From Eledone cirrhosa (lineage: Eukaryota), in contig OZ024742.1 in assembly GCA_964016885.1 (NCBI GenBank), positions 293,818,001 through 293,882,000 on the forward strand: 64,000 nucleotides of DNA. The letters are read 5' to 3'. Numbering within the stretch: position 1 is the stretch's first letter; each line of letters starts with the position of its first letter. Below the pieces are notes generated by a model. It saw only the letters and a program-made list of their open reading frames with translations, was not told the DNA's origin and searched no databases. A program made the position numbers and the translations under genes. Positions 53,045 through 64,000 of this stretch are shown here, piece after piece.

Positions 53045-53447
53045 CTGTATATGAGAAATGAAGCAACCACGCTTCGATGGATGTGCACTGTTTGTGTGAG
53101 AGAATGGCAGAGCTTGGATGAGCTGAGCGAGAAACTGGGTTTAAGAAGTATTGGAACTGGTGTGCAAGAGAAAAGAGTGTGATTGTATGGACATGTGATG
53201 CGCATATATGATGATTGCTGGGAGGAGAAGTGTCAAAAAACCCCAGTAGAAGGAAATTGCAGTATAGATCAAGGAAGACGTGTGCAGAGATAGAGAGAGC
53301 TAATCTCAAATCGCTGAGAGTCACAGAGAAGATGACAAAAGAATGCAATGAAAGGAGAGATGTTGTGTTGAAAAAAATCCGTCCAAACCATGCAAGCATG
53401 GAAAAACAGATGAAAAATTGATGCTGATGACTATGATGATGTTGATG

Positions 53448-53448
<1 letters not shown>
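53045..53448 (+). mobile_element. RTE LINE 3' fragment
   Basis: RNEATTLRWMC..ELSEKLG; ends CCATGCAAGCATGGAAAA and (TGA)n. Confidence 0.8.
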
Positions 53449-53491
<43 letters not shown>

Positions 53492-53585
53492 GATGTGCTG
53501 AAAAAAAAACCTGTCCCAACTATGCAAGCATGGAAAAATGAATGAAAAACGATGCTGATAATGATATATATATATACACACACAC

Positions 53586-53631
<46 letters not shown>

Positions 53632-53632
53632 G

Positions 53633-53677
<45 letters not shown>

Positions 53678-53683
53678 GCACAC

Positions 53684-53714
<31 letters not shown>

Positions 53715-53939
53715 CACACACACACAAACATATATATATATATATAATAGAATGATAGGTTCAGTGTAAGGAATCCAATTTACAACCTTTGCATATCAAG
53801 ATGAAGTTTTACATGTAAACCATTCTGGAACCAATAAAGTTATGTTTATATTCATCAGTTAAATGGAAGAAATGAACCAAATTCACCAATATATATTCTT
53901 CATAGCAGTGGTGGTGGTGGTGGTGGTGGTAGTAGTAGC

Positions 53940-54014
<75 letters not shown>

Positions 54015-54706
54015 GGTGGTGGTTGGTAGTAGTAGTAGTAGTAGTAGTGGTAGTGGTGATGGTGGGAGTAATAGTAGTAGTAGCAGCAGTAGTAGTAGTA
54101 GTAATTATTCTTTTGAATATTATTCAAGAAAATTGCTATTTCTTTTTTCTTTCTCTATAACTCTGCTGCTGAGAAAGAAATTATCTGAGAGAGATACAGA
54201 TATATACACTTATATATAGACTAATACACACATATATACACTTTTATATACACATATATACACTTATACACACATATATACACTTATATACACATATAGA
54301 GACATATATATACACTTTTATATACTTTTTGCAAATGCAAACTTGGCCGAAGAAGAAGAATATATACACTTATATACACATATATATACACTTATATACA
54401 CACATATATATATCCATATACACTTATATACACACATCTATATATCCATATACACTTATATACACACATACACTCATATACACACATATATATATCCATA
54501 TACACTTATATACACTTATATACAAACATATATATCCATATACACTTATATACATACATATACACACATATATATATATCCATATACACTTATATACACA
54601 CATATACACTCATATACACTTATATACACACATATACACTTATATACACACATATATATATATATCCATATATACACTTATATACACACATATATATATC
54701 CATATA

Positions 54707-57390
54707 CATCATCATCATCCTCATCATCATCATCACCGTTTTACGTCCGTTCTTCCACGCTAGCATGGGTTAGACGGGTTGTCCTGTTGTGGGCAGTGTC
54801 TGGTCGGCTGACCATGCCTTGCTCATACAGGAACTGATTCTGGCTTGATTTCTACAGCTGGATGCCCTTCCTAACACCAACCTCATTTACAGTGAGTGCT
54901 GGGTGCTTTTTCGTGGCGCCTACACGTCCACTTTACAGTGTGGGCTGGGTGCTTTTTTGCCATGGCACCTCCACGACCACCTTGCAGTGGGAGGGTGTGG
55001 GGGCATATTGTCTATATGCTTCAGCTTGTACCCATGGGAGGTCGGGTACTCTGTATTACTGCGTGACACCAGTGGTCACGGTCGTGTGTCATCGCCTTTG
55101 AGAGGTGTAATTGGGTAAGGTCGGCTTTTATCACCTCATCCCAGGTCATCTTGGGTCTCCCCACTCCGCGGTTTCCATCGACTTCTAGTGCTCTGCACCT
55201 TTTTATGCAGCTGTCATCCTTCATATACATTACATGTCCATACCAACGCATCCGCCTCTCCTGCACACAGCATTTGATTCCTCTTATGTTCAGTCTCTCT
55301 CTCAATTCATTTATGCTTTGTCGTTCACGTATATTACTATTACACATCCATCAGAGCATGCAGGCTTCGTTTCTCTCTAATCTACGTAAGTCTTCCACCT
55401 TCAGCGCCCAGGTTTCACTTCCATGTAACATTGCTGTTCGTATACATGCATCATACAGTCTGCCTTTCATTTTGAGGGAGAAGCCTTTTGCAGCTAGCAG
55501 TGGCAGTAGTTCCCTGAACTTCTTCCATCCCGTTCTTACCCTAGTTATTGTACTTTCTGAACACCCACCTCCACTGCTAATTCGGTCACCTAGGTAGCAG
55601 AAGCTGTCTACTGTCTCTACAGAGCCCTCCCAGAGATTGGTGGTACTTGTTTCCTGTGGCTGTTTGCTGCTTGCTGTTCCAGTACAGCTGCTGCATGTGA
55701 AGCCTACATTCTTAATTAAGCTTCCTGAGATCCCGCTACATCTCTTGTGTACCCATTGTTTGCATTTGGGGCAGAGAATGGAGTTCCTACCTACACCTTT
55801 CCTACATACTGAGCAAGGCCATTTCCCTGAGGGGATCTGGGTTCTGTTTTCTCGTCTACTTACAAGGACCTTAGTCTTTGTCATGTTGACTTTGAGACCC
55901 TTTCTTTCTAGTCCCTGCTTCCAAGTTTGGAATTTCTTCTCTAGTTCTACCATAGATTCAGCTATAAGTGCGAGGTCATCAGCATACAGGTGTTCCCATG
56001 GGCATCCAGTCTTAAACTCCTCCGTTATTGCCTGCAGGACTATGATGAACAGGAGAGAGCTAAGAACAGAGCCCTGGTGGACCCCAACCTGTACGCTAAA
56101 TTCCTCGCTATACTCATTGCTAATCCTAACTTTGCTGACTGCTCCCCTATACATGGCTTGTACAGCTTTCACAAGCCATTCATCTACTCCTAGTTTTCTA
56201 AGAGCCCACCAGATTACAGCACATGGAACTCTGTCAAAGGCTTTCTCGATATCGACGAATGCCAGGTAGAGTGGCTTACTTTTAGCTAGGTACTTTTCCT
56301 GTAACTGCCTCACAAGGAAGAGGGCATCAGTGGTGCCTCTTCCTGGTACAAACCCAAATTGCATCTCATCTAGTTTCACCCGGTCTCTAATCAACTGTGC
56401 TATAACTCTTTCTGTTACTTTCATGACCTGGTCCATCAGCTTTATACCTCTATAGTTTCCTCTATCGAGTGCATCACCTTTACCTTTGTAACAGTTGACA
56501 ATGATGCTACTGCACCAATCTTTTGGTATGACACCTTCTAGTATTACCTGGTTAACAATACGTGTGGTTATAGTGTGACCTACAGACCCAGATGCCTTCA
56601 GCATCTCGGCAGCTATACCCGATGGACCGGTTGCCTTCCCCATCTTCATATCTTTGATTGCCTTACTTACTACGCTGCTGCTGACTTGTACTGCTGGCCC
56701 CTCTATAGGGTCTACTTGGGGTCGGGTCTCTTCTGCCCGTGCATTCTCCTCATTTAGTAATCTATCATAATGACTCTTCCATGCATCTTTCTTCTCAGCA
56801 CTTGTGAGGGCAAGCTCACCTTTATCATTCCGGATACACTTCTCTCCAATGTCATCACAATTCTCTCTGACACACTGCCTCGCAATCTTGAACACCTCCT
56901 GTTTCTGGTACTCACGTTGCAAAACATGCTTGAATTTTCTATCCTCTGCTTCCCTCCTAGCTAAGTATACTTGTCGCCTAGCTTCCCTCTTGGTCTCTAT
57001 GTAATGTACCCTGCTCCCCCCATTCTTCCATTCTTTCCATGCCTGTCTCTTGGCCTTAACTGCCTCATCTACCTTATTGTTCCACCACCAAGTCACTCTC
57101 CTCCTGCTTGTGGTCTTACTCCAGCCACAGACCTCATCTGTCGCCTCTAGTAAGTTATTTTTTAGGAACTCCCAGTGCTCTTCTACATTGAATGTCTCTA
57201 TCTGTTCTTCTTTACTGTCGTAGGCGTTGAGTAAAATATATTTAAATCTGTTACTGGCTGAGGGGTCTTTCAGCTTCCAGATCTTTCTTCTCCGGGTTGG
57301 CCTCTGTTTCCAGGTTCGTCTAGTTCTGACTGTGAGGTCGCTGACAACTAGGCTATGTTGGGAGGTACATTCCTCACTAGGGAAGGCTTT
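54707..57390 (-). mobile_element. RTE-clade LINE, 5'-truncated, young
   Basis: End of APE domain (SQHSLVVSDL), TWWWN, NYRGIKL, QFGF, DIEKAFDRV, GVHQGSVLS, YADD, FCYLG, LHGSETW, RWYGHV, GRPK; 3' UTR and (ATG)n tail. Confidence 0.95.
55021..57390 (-). pseudogene. RTE reverse transcriptase ORF with a single premature stop
   Basis: ORF 55351-57480 continues in the same frame as 55021-55347 across one TGA (ML*WMCN versus MLRWMCN in the 32.9 kb copy, consistent with CGA>TGA). Confidence 0.9.
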
Positions 57391-57410
57391 TGTACACTTA
57401 TATAAATACA

Positions 57411-58420
57411 CTAGCCAAATTACCCGCGCCTTGCTGCGTTTCACACATTTTTTTTGTAAGAAAATGATGATTGATTTCAATATTACTCAATGTAAAATGT
57501 AATGCATGAAAAATTGGAAAACATTATTTTTTGTAATATATCAAATCAAAATTACATTATTAAATCTTATTCTTATTTTGTTTCTTGTAAATAATTTTTT
57601 TTTAAATATCAATTCAAAACTTGATCATTTCATTTTTGTGAAAGCATTATTTTCAAATTAGAAATTCAAAGTTTAATTATTTATTTTTTAACATAATAAA
57701 TACATAAAAATATATTTCATACTTTGTCCTAATTAGGACAGGTTAAACAACATTTCTTGTCTTTCTTTGATTGGCTTAAATGTAACGATTCTTTGAAGTT
57801 CCAGTCCTTGAAACAGCCACATAAAACATGCCATGACTGAAACATGGGTTTGTCAGATCTATAACAATAGTTTTGAAAGTTTGACCTTGACTCTTATTGA
57901 TGCTCATGGCAAAGAATGGCCTCACTGGAAACTGCAGCCTCTTAAATGTAAAAGGCAACTCGCTATCACTTGGTATAAGTGGAATCCTTGGAATGAGAAG
58001 AGCTTGACTTTTGTAAGCCCCAAATATAATGGTTGCTTCAATCAAGTTCTCATGCAATCTTGTTACAACACACCTTGTTCCATTTATTGGCCAAAATGTT
58101 CACTATAGGACTTTTAACCCCCATTAGGGTGTCTTAATATTATTGAAATTTAATGAAATTTTGTGAATAGGCATCATATCTTGTCATTTACCTATGGTTT
58201 AAATTTCATATAAATCGAAGGGAAAAAATTTTCAGCGCGGGGTTTGTGCCCCCGGGGGAACACTATGATTAAAATGAAATATACTTATCCAAGTACCCTG
58301 GGCAATGTAGTTTCAGAATATATATGGTTATGGGGGTCTATCTCCAAAACCATAGGAGGAGTTTGTGAACAAACAAACAAACAAACAGACAGACAGGAAC
58401 TACAACTTTATATATATAGA
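57411..58420 (-). mobile_element. Non-autonomous Helitron retaining the helicase C-terminus
   Basis: a|TCTATATATATAAAG 5' end; ACGCAGCAAGGCGCGGGT...GGCTAG|t 3' end; ORF 57776-58057 has IPRIP, RLQFPV, FAMSINKSQGQT and HGMFYVAVSR. Confidence 0.9.
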
Positions 58421-58647
58421 TATACACTTATATACACACATATATATATATCCATATACACTTATATATACTTATACACACATATATACACTTATATGCA
58501 CACATATATAAACACATATACACTTATATATACTTATATGTTTTGTGATATTTGCAAGAGATGACTGTTAAATATACCCTCTCTTTTAATTTCCCATGGT
58601 ACTTTGTTACTTCCTTTGCTTGGTTCCACACAGTTCTAATTATGGCA

Positions 58648-58691
<44 letters not shown>

Positions 58692-60355
58692 ACACACATC
58701 TAACCCATGCTAGCGTGGAAGATAGACGTTAAACGATGATGATGATGATGATGCACACACACACACACACACACACACAATGTACACACACACACACGTA
58801 CACACACACACACACACACATGCACACACGCACACACACAGACATACACACACGTATGCACACACACACACATGCTCACATACACACACCACACACACAC
58901 ACACACACACTGACATTTCCAAGAATCTACCATGTTTCTGCCATGAAATATCCTAATATTCCACAAAAGAACCAAATATATACGGTGGTGGTGGTGGTGG
59001 TGGTGGTGGTGGTGATGTTGATGATGATAAAGAAGAATATGGTGGTGGTGGTGGTGGTGGTGATATTGATGATGATAAAGAAGAATATGGTGGTGGTGGT
59101 GGTGGTGGTATGTTTGATGATGATGATTGTGGCGGTGGTGGTAATGATGATGATGGTAATGATGATGATGATGATGATGATGATGGTGAACAATATGGTG
59201 GTGGTGGTGATGGTGGTGGTGGTGGTGGTGGTGGTGGTTTGGTGGTGGTGGTGGTGGTGATGATGATACTTCAGCTGAGATGAAGTATTTACCAGAATAA
59301 TCTCTCTTGTGACAAGTTTCTCTTTTTTCTTTCTATTGGTTCAACATACTTTTTATTATCTGTATTCTTCACATGGCATTAATAAGAAACACTGAGATAT
59401 TGCAAGAATTATTCTTAGACTCGGTAAAGGTAGACAAAGAATTATTAGTCAAGAAAATGAAATAATCTTTTTCGAAAACTATGGCACATAAATTTAATGT
59501 AATATTTTCGTTTCTACTTAAATAGGGAGAGCTTTAAGATTACATGGTACATATTTTACTTACTGAGTCTACAAATAATTTGTGATTGGAGCAATGGAAT
59601 ATATATATATGTGTGTGTGTATGTTTATGTGTGTTTGGGTGTGTATGTGTGTTTGTGTATGCTTGTGTTTGTGTGTGTGTTTGTGTGTGTGTATGTTTGT
59701 TTGTGTGTTTGTGTGTGTATATTTGTGTGTACATGTTTGTGTGTGTTTCGATGTGCATGTGTTTGTATGTGTGTGTATGTTTGGGTGTGCATGGGTGTTT
59801 GCATGTGTGTGTATGTTTGGGTGTGCATGTGTATTTGTGTGTGTGTGTATGTTTGGGCGTGCATCTGTGTTTGTGTGTATTTGAGTATGCTTGTTTTTAT
59901 ATGTGTATGTGTTGTAAGTGTGTGTGTATAAGGGGGGAGGGGAACCAGTACAATGCAAATTAGAAATACAAAAGGTGAGAACTTGAGTAGTGTAAAGTAA
60001 GAAAAACAAAATAGGACAATAGTTTCAATTTCCACCTTAATTTTCATGGTATTTCAGGATCTGAAAAGTGAAGACTAATTTATATTAAGTGAGCAAGTGG
60101 CAGTGTTAGTGGGGGAACTGCCAATGCTTTATAAATTCAGCTGCACAATGAGGGAACTCCTGACATAAAAGGATTAACCCTTTAGCATATAAACTGGCCA
60201 TATCCAGCCAGGATTCTCTCACCTCTTTCAATTCAAACTGGCTGTAAATGACCACTCATACTGATGTTAAGGTATTGTTCTCAAAATCTCGTAGATGTTA
60301 TGTGAGATAATTATGTGAGATAAAGCCTTTACCGTGAAAATACAATAGTATATAT

Positions 60356-62951
60356 AATAATGAAATTATTGTGTAATTGTGTAAAGTGCTCAGGTGCACT
60401 ACAACTCGTCAATATAGTACATAGAATAATACACAAATGTCAGGGAAGTACATGTGTGTATGTGTTAGCTGTTCTGTTGGCGGATCTCGGGAAGCATGGA
60501 GGCCTTAAAGGATGCAGTGTCTCGACAGCTAACAACTGATGCAGGTAGTTTGTTCCATGCTTCAGCAACTCTGAGCGTGAAAAAATGTTTCCGAAAGTCA
60601 TGGGAACTGTGCTGTTTTCTTACTTTGTGGGCATGTCCACGTGTGTTAGACACATGGAAATCGAAAAGGTACTCAGGGTTGTTGTTGGCAACATGGTTAA
60701 CAATTTTGTGGGTGTTTACCAAGTCAGTTGCCAGGCGTCGGAGCTTCAATGAATCCATGCCCAGGGAAGCAAGGCGCTCAGAGTATGGTAGATGCCTGAT
60801 GGAGGGTATTCGCTTGGTTGCACGTCTCTGAACAGTTTCCAGGCGGTCAATGTCCTGAGCAAGATAGGGGTTCCAGACTGGTGATGCAAATTCTAAGTGT
60901 GGTCGCACCATAGCTGTATACAGCCTTAAATAGATATCTGGAGAGCAGCTGACAAAGGTCTTGCTGAGTGATGCTAAGACACCCTCGGCCCTCTTGACAA
61001 TTTTAGAGACGTGCCTCGTCCAACGCAAATCGCTGCTGACCGTAATGCCCAGGTCACGTTCACAGGAAGACTTCTTGATATTAGTGCTGTGGAGGGAGTA
61101 TGTGGACGCTGGGTTTTTACTCCCAAAATGCATGGTGGTGCACTTGTCCACAGCTAGCTTGAGTTGCCAGTCTGAGATCCACTGTTGCATTGTGTCCAGG
61201 TCAGACTGCAAGCAAGATCTATAGTGTTCAGGATCTGTCCTTTTTATCTCAAGGTACAGCTTGATGTCGTCTGCGTACTTTAGTACTGTGGCATTCCTTA
61301 AGTTGGCATCTATGTCATTAATATATGCCACAAACAAAAGGGGGCCAAGAACAGATCCCTGTGGTACACCAGATGACATCTCATATGGTGAGGAATGCTG
61401 TCCCAGAACCGTGACTACCTCTCTTCGACTGAGAATGAAGGACTTCAACCAGTTAAAAAGATCATCCTTCACACCCATTGCAGAGAGTTTTGCCATAAGC
61501 CTTTTGTGTGGCACAGAATTGAAGGCCTTCGCAAAGTCAAGGTAAACAACATCCACCCATGAGCCGCCATCAGTGATCCGGGTGATGTCCTCAAGAAACT
61601 CTATAAGTTGATCACAGCAGCTGGAGTTGGGGATAAATCCAAATTGCGAGGGCCGGATAAGACTGTGAGAGCTCCAGAAGTTCCAAAGTGTTTCTCTGAC
61701 ACAGGATTCCATCAGTTTGGCGATGCAACTAGTAAGACTGACTGGACGATAGTTCACAGGTGATGTGCGGTCACCCTTTTTGAACAGAGGAATGACACTG
61801 GCAGTTTTCCACTGTTCTGGAGTAGCACTGTTGTTCAGACAGAATTGGAAGAAGCGTGATAACTGGTGTAGAAGGAAGTACCCACCACGTTTAAGAAGCA
61901 GGTACGTAACACCATCAAGACCAGGAGAGGCATGGTTGCATTTATTTTTTAGGTGACGTCGCAGCATTGCAGGTGTAAATTCCATGGTTGTAATAGAATC
62001 CGGTGTCATAGGTGGTGGAGATGGTACACTCTGGTCTTCAATAATGAAAATGCCTGCATAGCATTCAGCAATGAGCTCTGCGCATTCCTTGGGGTCGTCA
62101 GTAACCTGGCTTGTGTGGGGATTGCGAAGAGGACCAACTGGAGAGTGAGGCCTCTGCTTTGAGTGAACATACTTCCAGAACACCTTACTGTCAGGGCTGG
62201 TAGCTATGCGCTGCTCAAATTGAAGCACTGCCTTTTTTGTCACCTGTTTGAGGTGGTTGGACGATCTATTTCGCCTCTTCCTATTAATGTCTGATTTGTG
62301 AAGTTTGTACTCACGTTCAGCATTGCGCCGTTCTTTTCTGGCAAGACAGACTGCTGCAGTCTCCCAAATTGCACTTTTGGGATGTTTTTTCCGCTTACGT
62401 GGCACCGATGCTGCACATGCTGTCCATATTGAGCTCAGGATGTTCTGGAGTACAGTGTTGACATCTCCAGAGTCGTAGAACTCAAGCCAGTTTGGCCGTT
62501 GCAACTCGGTGCAGTAACAGTTCCAGTCTGCTTTATTCCAGTCAAAGTGAGCAGTTTGGAGATGGTTGTGGTTCTTGTTACTGCCCATGAGGGATAGATT
62601 GGCAATGATCATAGCATGATCAGGGTCACCTAAAGGTTCCTCAGCAGTAACACTAATGACCGTTTCAGGAGTAGTGGTGAAGAGTAGGTCCAAAGTGTTG
62701 TCACCTCTCGTTGGGGAGGTGACCACCTGGGACCAACTCGAGTCCAGCACCAGCTCAAGGAAGTCATTTGCACTTGGCGGCCAACGAAAGGTCTCCCAGT
62801 CAATCTCAGGGTGATTGAAGTCACCTGCAATGAAAACATAAGTGGCTGTCTTCCTGGCAGCAGCTCTGAGGATATCACAAAGTTGAGTGTCCTGATGGTA
62901 ATTTGGGGGACGGTAAACGACTCCAAGTAGCAGTGTTGACATGGTCATACG
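60356..62951 (-). mobile_element. CR1-group LINE, 5'-truncated, inserted into a TTAA MITE
   Basis: ORF2 plus ~110-nt 3' UTR; the two halves of the MITE lie at 60174-60355 and 62952-63357. Confidence 0.93.
60465..62948 (-). CDS. CR1-type ORF2 (partial APE endonuclease plus RT), uninterrupted
   Basis: VYRPP, GDFNHP, NYRPVSLTS, QFGF, LDFAKAFNSVPH, GVPQGSVLGPLLF, YADD, ERDLG, RPHLE, VQRRATK, TRGH, WNKLP; no stops or frameshifts. Confidence 0.9.
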   Translation of the reverse strand: MTMSTLLLGVVYRPPNYHQDTQLCDILRAAARKTATYVFIAGDFNHPEIDWETFRWPPSANDFLELVLDSSWSQVVTSPTRGDNTLDLLFTTTPETVISVTAEEPLGDPDHAMIIANLSLMGSNKNHNHLQTAHFDWNKADWNCYCTELQRPNWLEFYDSGDVNTVLQNILSSIWTACAASVPRKRKKHPKSAIWETAAVCLARKERRNAEREYKLHKSDINRKRRNRSSNHLKQVTKKAVLQFEQRIATSPDSKVFWKYVHSKQRPHSPVGPLRNPHTSQVTDDPKECAELIAECYAGIFIIEDQSVPSPPPMTPDSITTMEFTPAMLRRHLKNKCNHASPGLDGVTYLLLKRGGYFLLHQLSRFFQFCLNNSATPEQWKTASVIPLFKKGDRTSPVNYRPVSLTSCIAKLMESCVRETLWNFWSSHSLIRPSQFGFIPNSSCCDQLIEFLEDITRITDGGSWVDVVYLDFAKAFNSVPHKRLMAKLSAMGVKDDLFNWLKSFILSRREVVTVLGQHSSPYEMSSGVPQGSVLGPLLFVAYINDIDANLRNATVLKYADDIKLYLEIKRTDPEHYRSCLQSDLDTMQQWISDWQLKLAVDKCTTMHFGSKNPASTYSLHSTNIKKSSCERDLGITVSSDLRWTRHVSKIVKRAEGVLASLSKTFVSCSPDIYLRLYTAMVRPHLEFASPVWNPYLAQDIDRLETVQRRATKRIPSIRHLPYSERLASLGMDSLKLRRLATDLVNTHKIVNHVANNNPEYLFDFHVSNTRGHAHKVRKQHSSHDFRKHFFTLRVAEAWNKLPASVVSCRDTASFKASMLPEIRQQNS

Positions 62952-63337
62952 TATAGAGTAATACAATAGTATATATAGAGTAATATAATAGTATATATAA
63001 AGTAATATAATAATATATATAGAGTAATACAATAGTATATATAGAATAATACAATAGTATATATATAGAGTAATATAATAGTATATATAAAGTAATATAA
63101 TAATATATATAGAGTAATACAATAGTATATATAGAATAATACAATAGTATATATAGAGTAATATAATAGTATATATAAAGTAATATAATAATATATATAG
63201 AGTAATACAATAGTATATATAGAATAATATAATAATATATATAGAGTAATACAATAGTATATATAGAATAATATAATAATATATATAGAGTAATACAATA
63301 GTATATATAGAGTAATACAATAGTATATATAGAGTAA
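62952..63337. repeat. 22-bp minisatellite, ~17 copies
   Basis: Unit AGAGTAATACAATAGTATATAT with recurring variants. Confidence 0.95.
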
Positions 63338-63914
63338 CGTAAATGCTAAAGGGTTAAAAACAATGTTGCTGTAAATGCTTGGTTTCCATAAGCTAGTTTG
63401 CAACCTGTATAACGTACAGTAACATATACCAGTGTATGTTTTGCAACTGACTGACAGAACACACATGCTTTTTCTCCATTCCTTCTTCTTACTCTCTATC
63501 TTTCTATTTCTTCTTTTATTACTCATTCTATCTTCTGATGAAAGACGAGTGTCCAAAATATTAAGACTCTTTTCTTACTATATCAAGTGTTAAACTAATA
63601 TATTTCTTCGTTGTACTGTATTGTTTGCTTTATTGTTTCTGTTTACTTTTCACATACATATATATGTGTGTGTGTATTATTATTATTTGGATTGACAGTA
63701 TCAATAGAGGGTTGGACGCCATGCTTTGATGCATAGAGTTATAGCCATTCTGAGTTCAAATCCCGCCGAGGTTAACTTTGCCTTTCATCATTACGGGGTC
63801 GATAAAATAAAGTACCAGTAATGTACTGGGTAATTGCTGGCCTTGTGCCTAAAGTAGAAACAATTATTATTATTATTTTCTTGGAGACTCAGTTATTGAT
63901 GTTATTTAACTGGA

Positions 63915-64000
63915 AAGTTTGTTCATATGAACATCAAGCTGCTACCTGCAACCGCAGATATTCAGGACATATCGGAAGGTTCTTGCTGTTCCCAGCAAGC
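63915..64000 (-). mobile_element. Extreme 3' end of an R4/Dong-like RLE LINE, continuing beyond the window
   Basis: Minus strand reads LLGTARTFRYVL, like the LLGTARILRxVL terminus. Confidence 0.55.

Larger units (their letters stand above)
54200..58520. repeat. TATACACTTATATACACA-type degenerate minisatellite split by an RTE and a Helitron
   Basis: Same unit at 54200-54706, 57391-57410 and 58421-58520. Confidence 0.85.

Noticed and set aside
57391-57480. N-terminal 30 aa of the 709-aa ORF
   Set aside because: Comes from the Helitron 3' end and minisatellite, not from the RTE.
62949-63320. Tyr/Ile-rich membrane-like N-terminus of the 951-aa ORF
   Set aside because: It is the translated 22-bp minisatellite fused by chance to the truncated LINE.

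Overview
AT-rich, microsatellite-saturated animal genomic DNA. The repeat landscape (tRNA-SINEs, RTE/CR1/RLE LINEs, Helitrons, mariner and TTAA MITEs, CATA/CA/TA tracts) suggests an octopus-like cephalopod, which is inference. The only host coding sequence I can support is the first coding exon of an alpha-catulin/alpha-catenin-family gene (minus strand, 18242-18337), followed by an apparent intron of more than 18 kb. Nearly all other long ORFs are transposon-derived or low-complexity artefacts. The large elements are a decayed Helitron (49092-52686), two non-autonomous Helitrons, a young RTE LINE with a PHD-type finger inside its RT (54707-57390), an uninterrupted 5'-truncated CR1-group LINE (60356-62951), a mariner relic and three RLE-type LINE relics. 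Main unexplained signals: (i) several unrelated, mostly (TA)n-anchored elements, many of them fold-backs, carrying minimal hammerhead-ribozyme motifs, one apparently intact at 38272-38337; (ii) a ~28-copy 48-bp satellite born from the RTE 3' UTR; (iii) ~17-fold amplification of the target site at a LINE 5' junction; (iv) a non-autonomous retroposon always embedded in (TATG)n. All alignments and folds were done by eye, so repeat boundaries are approximate.
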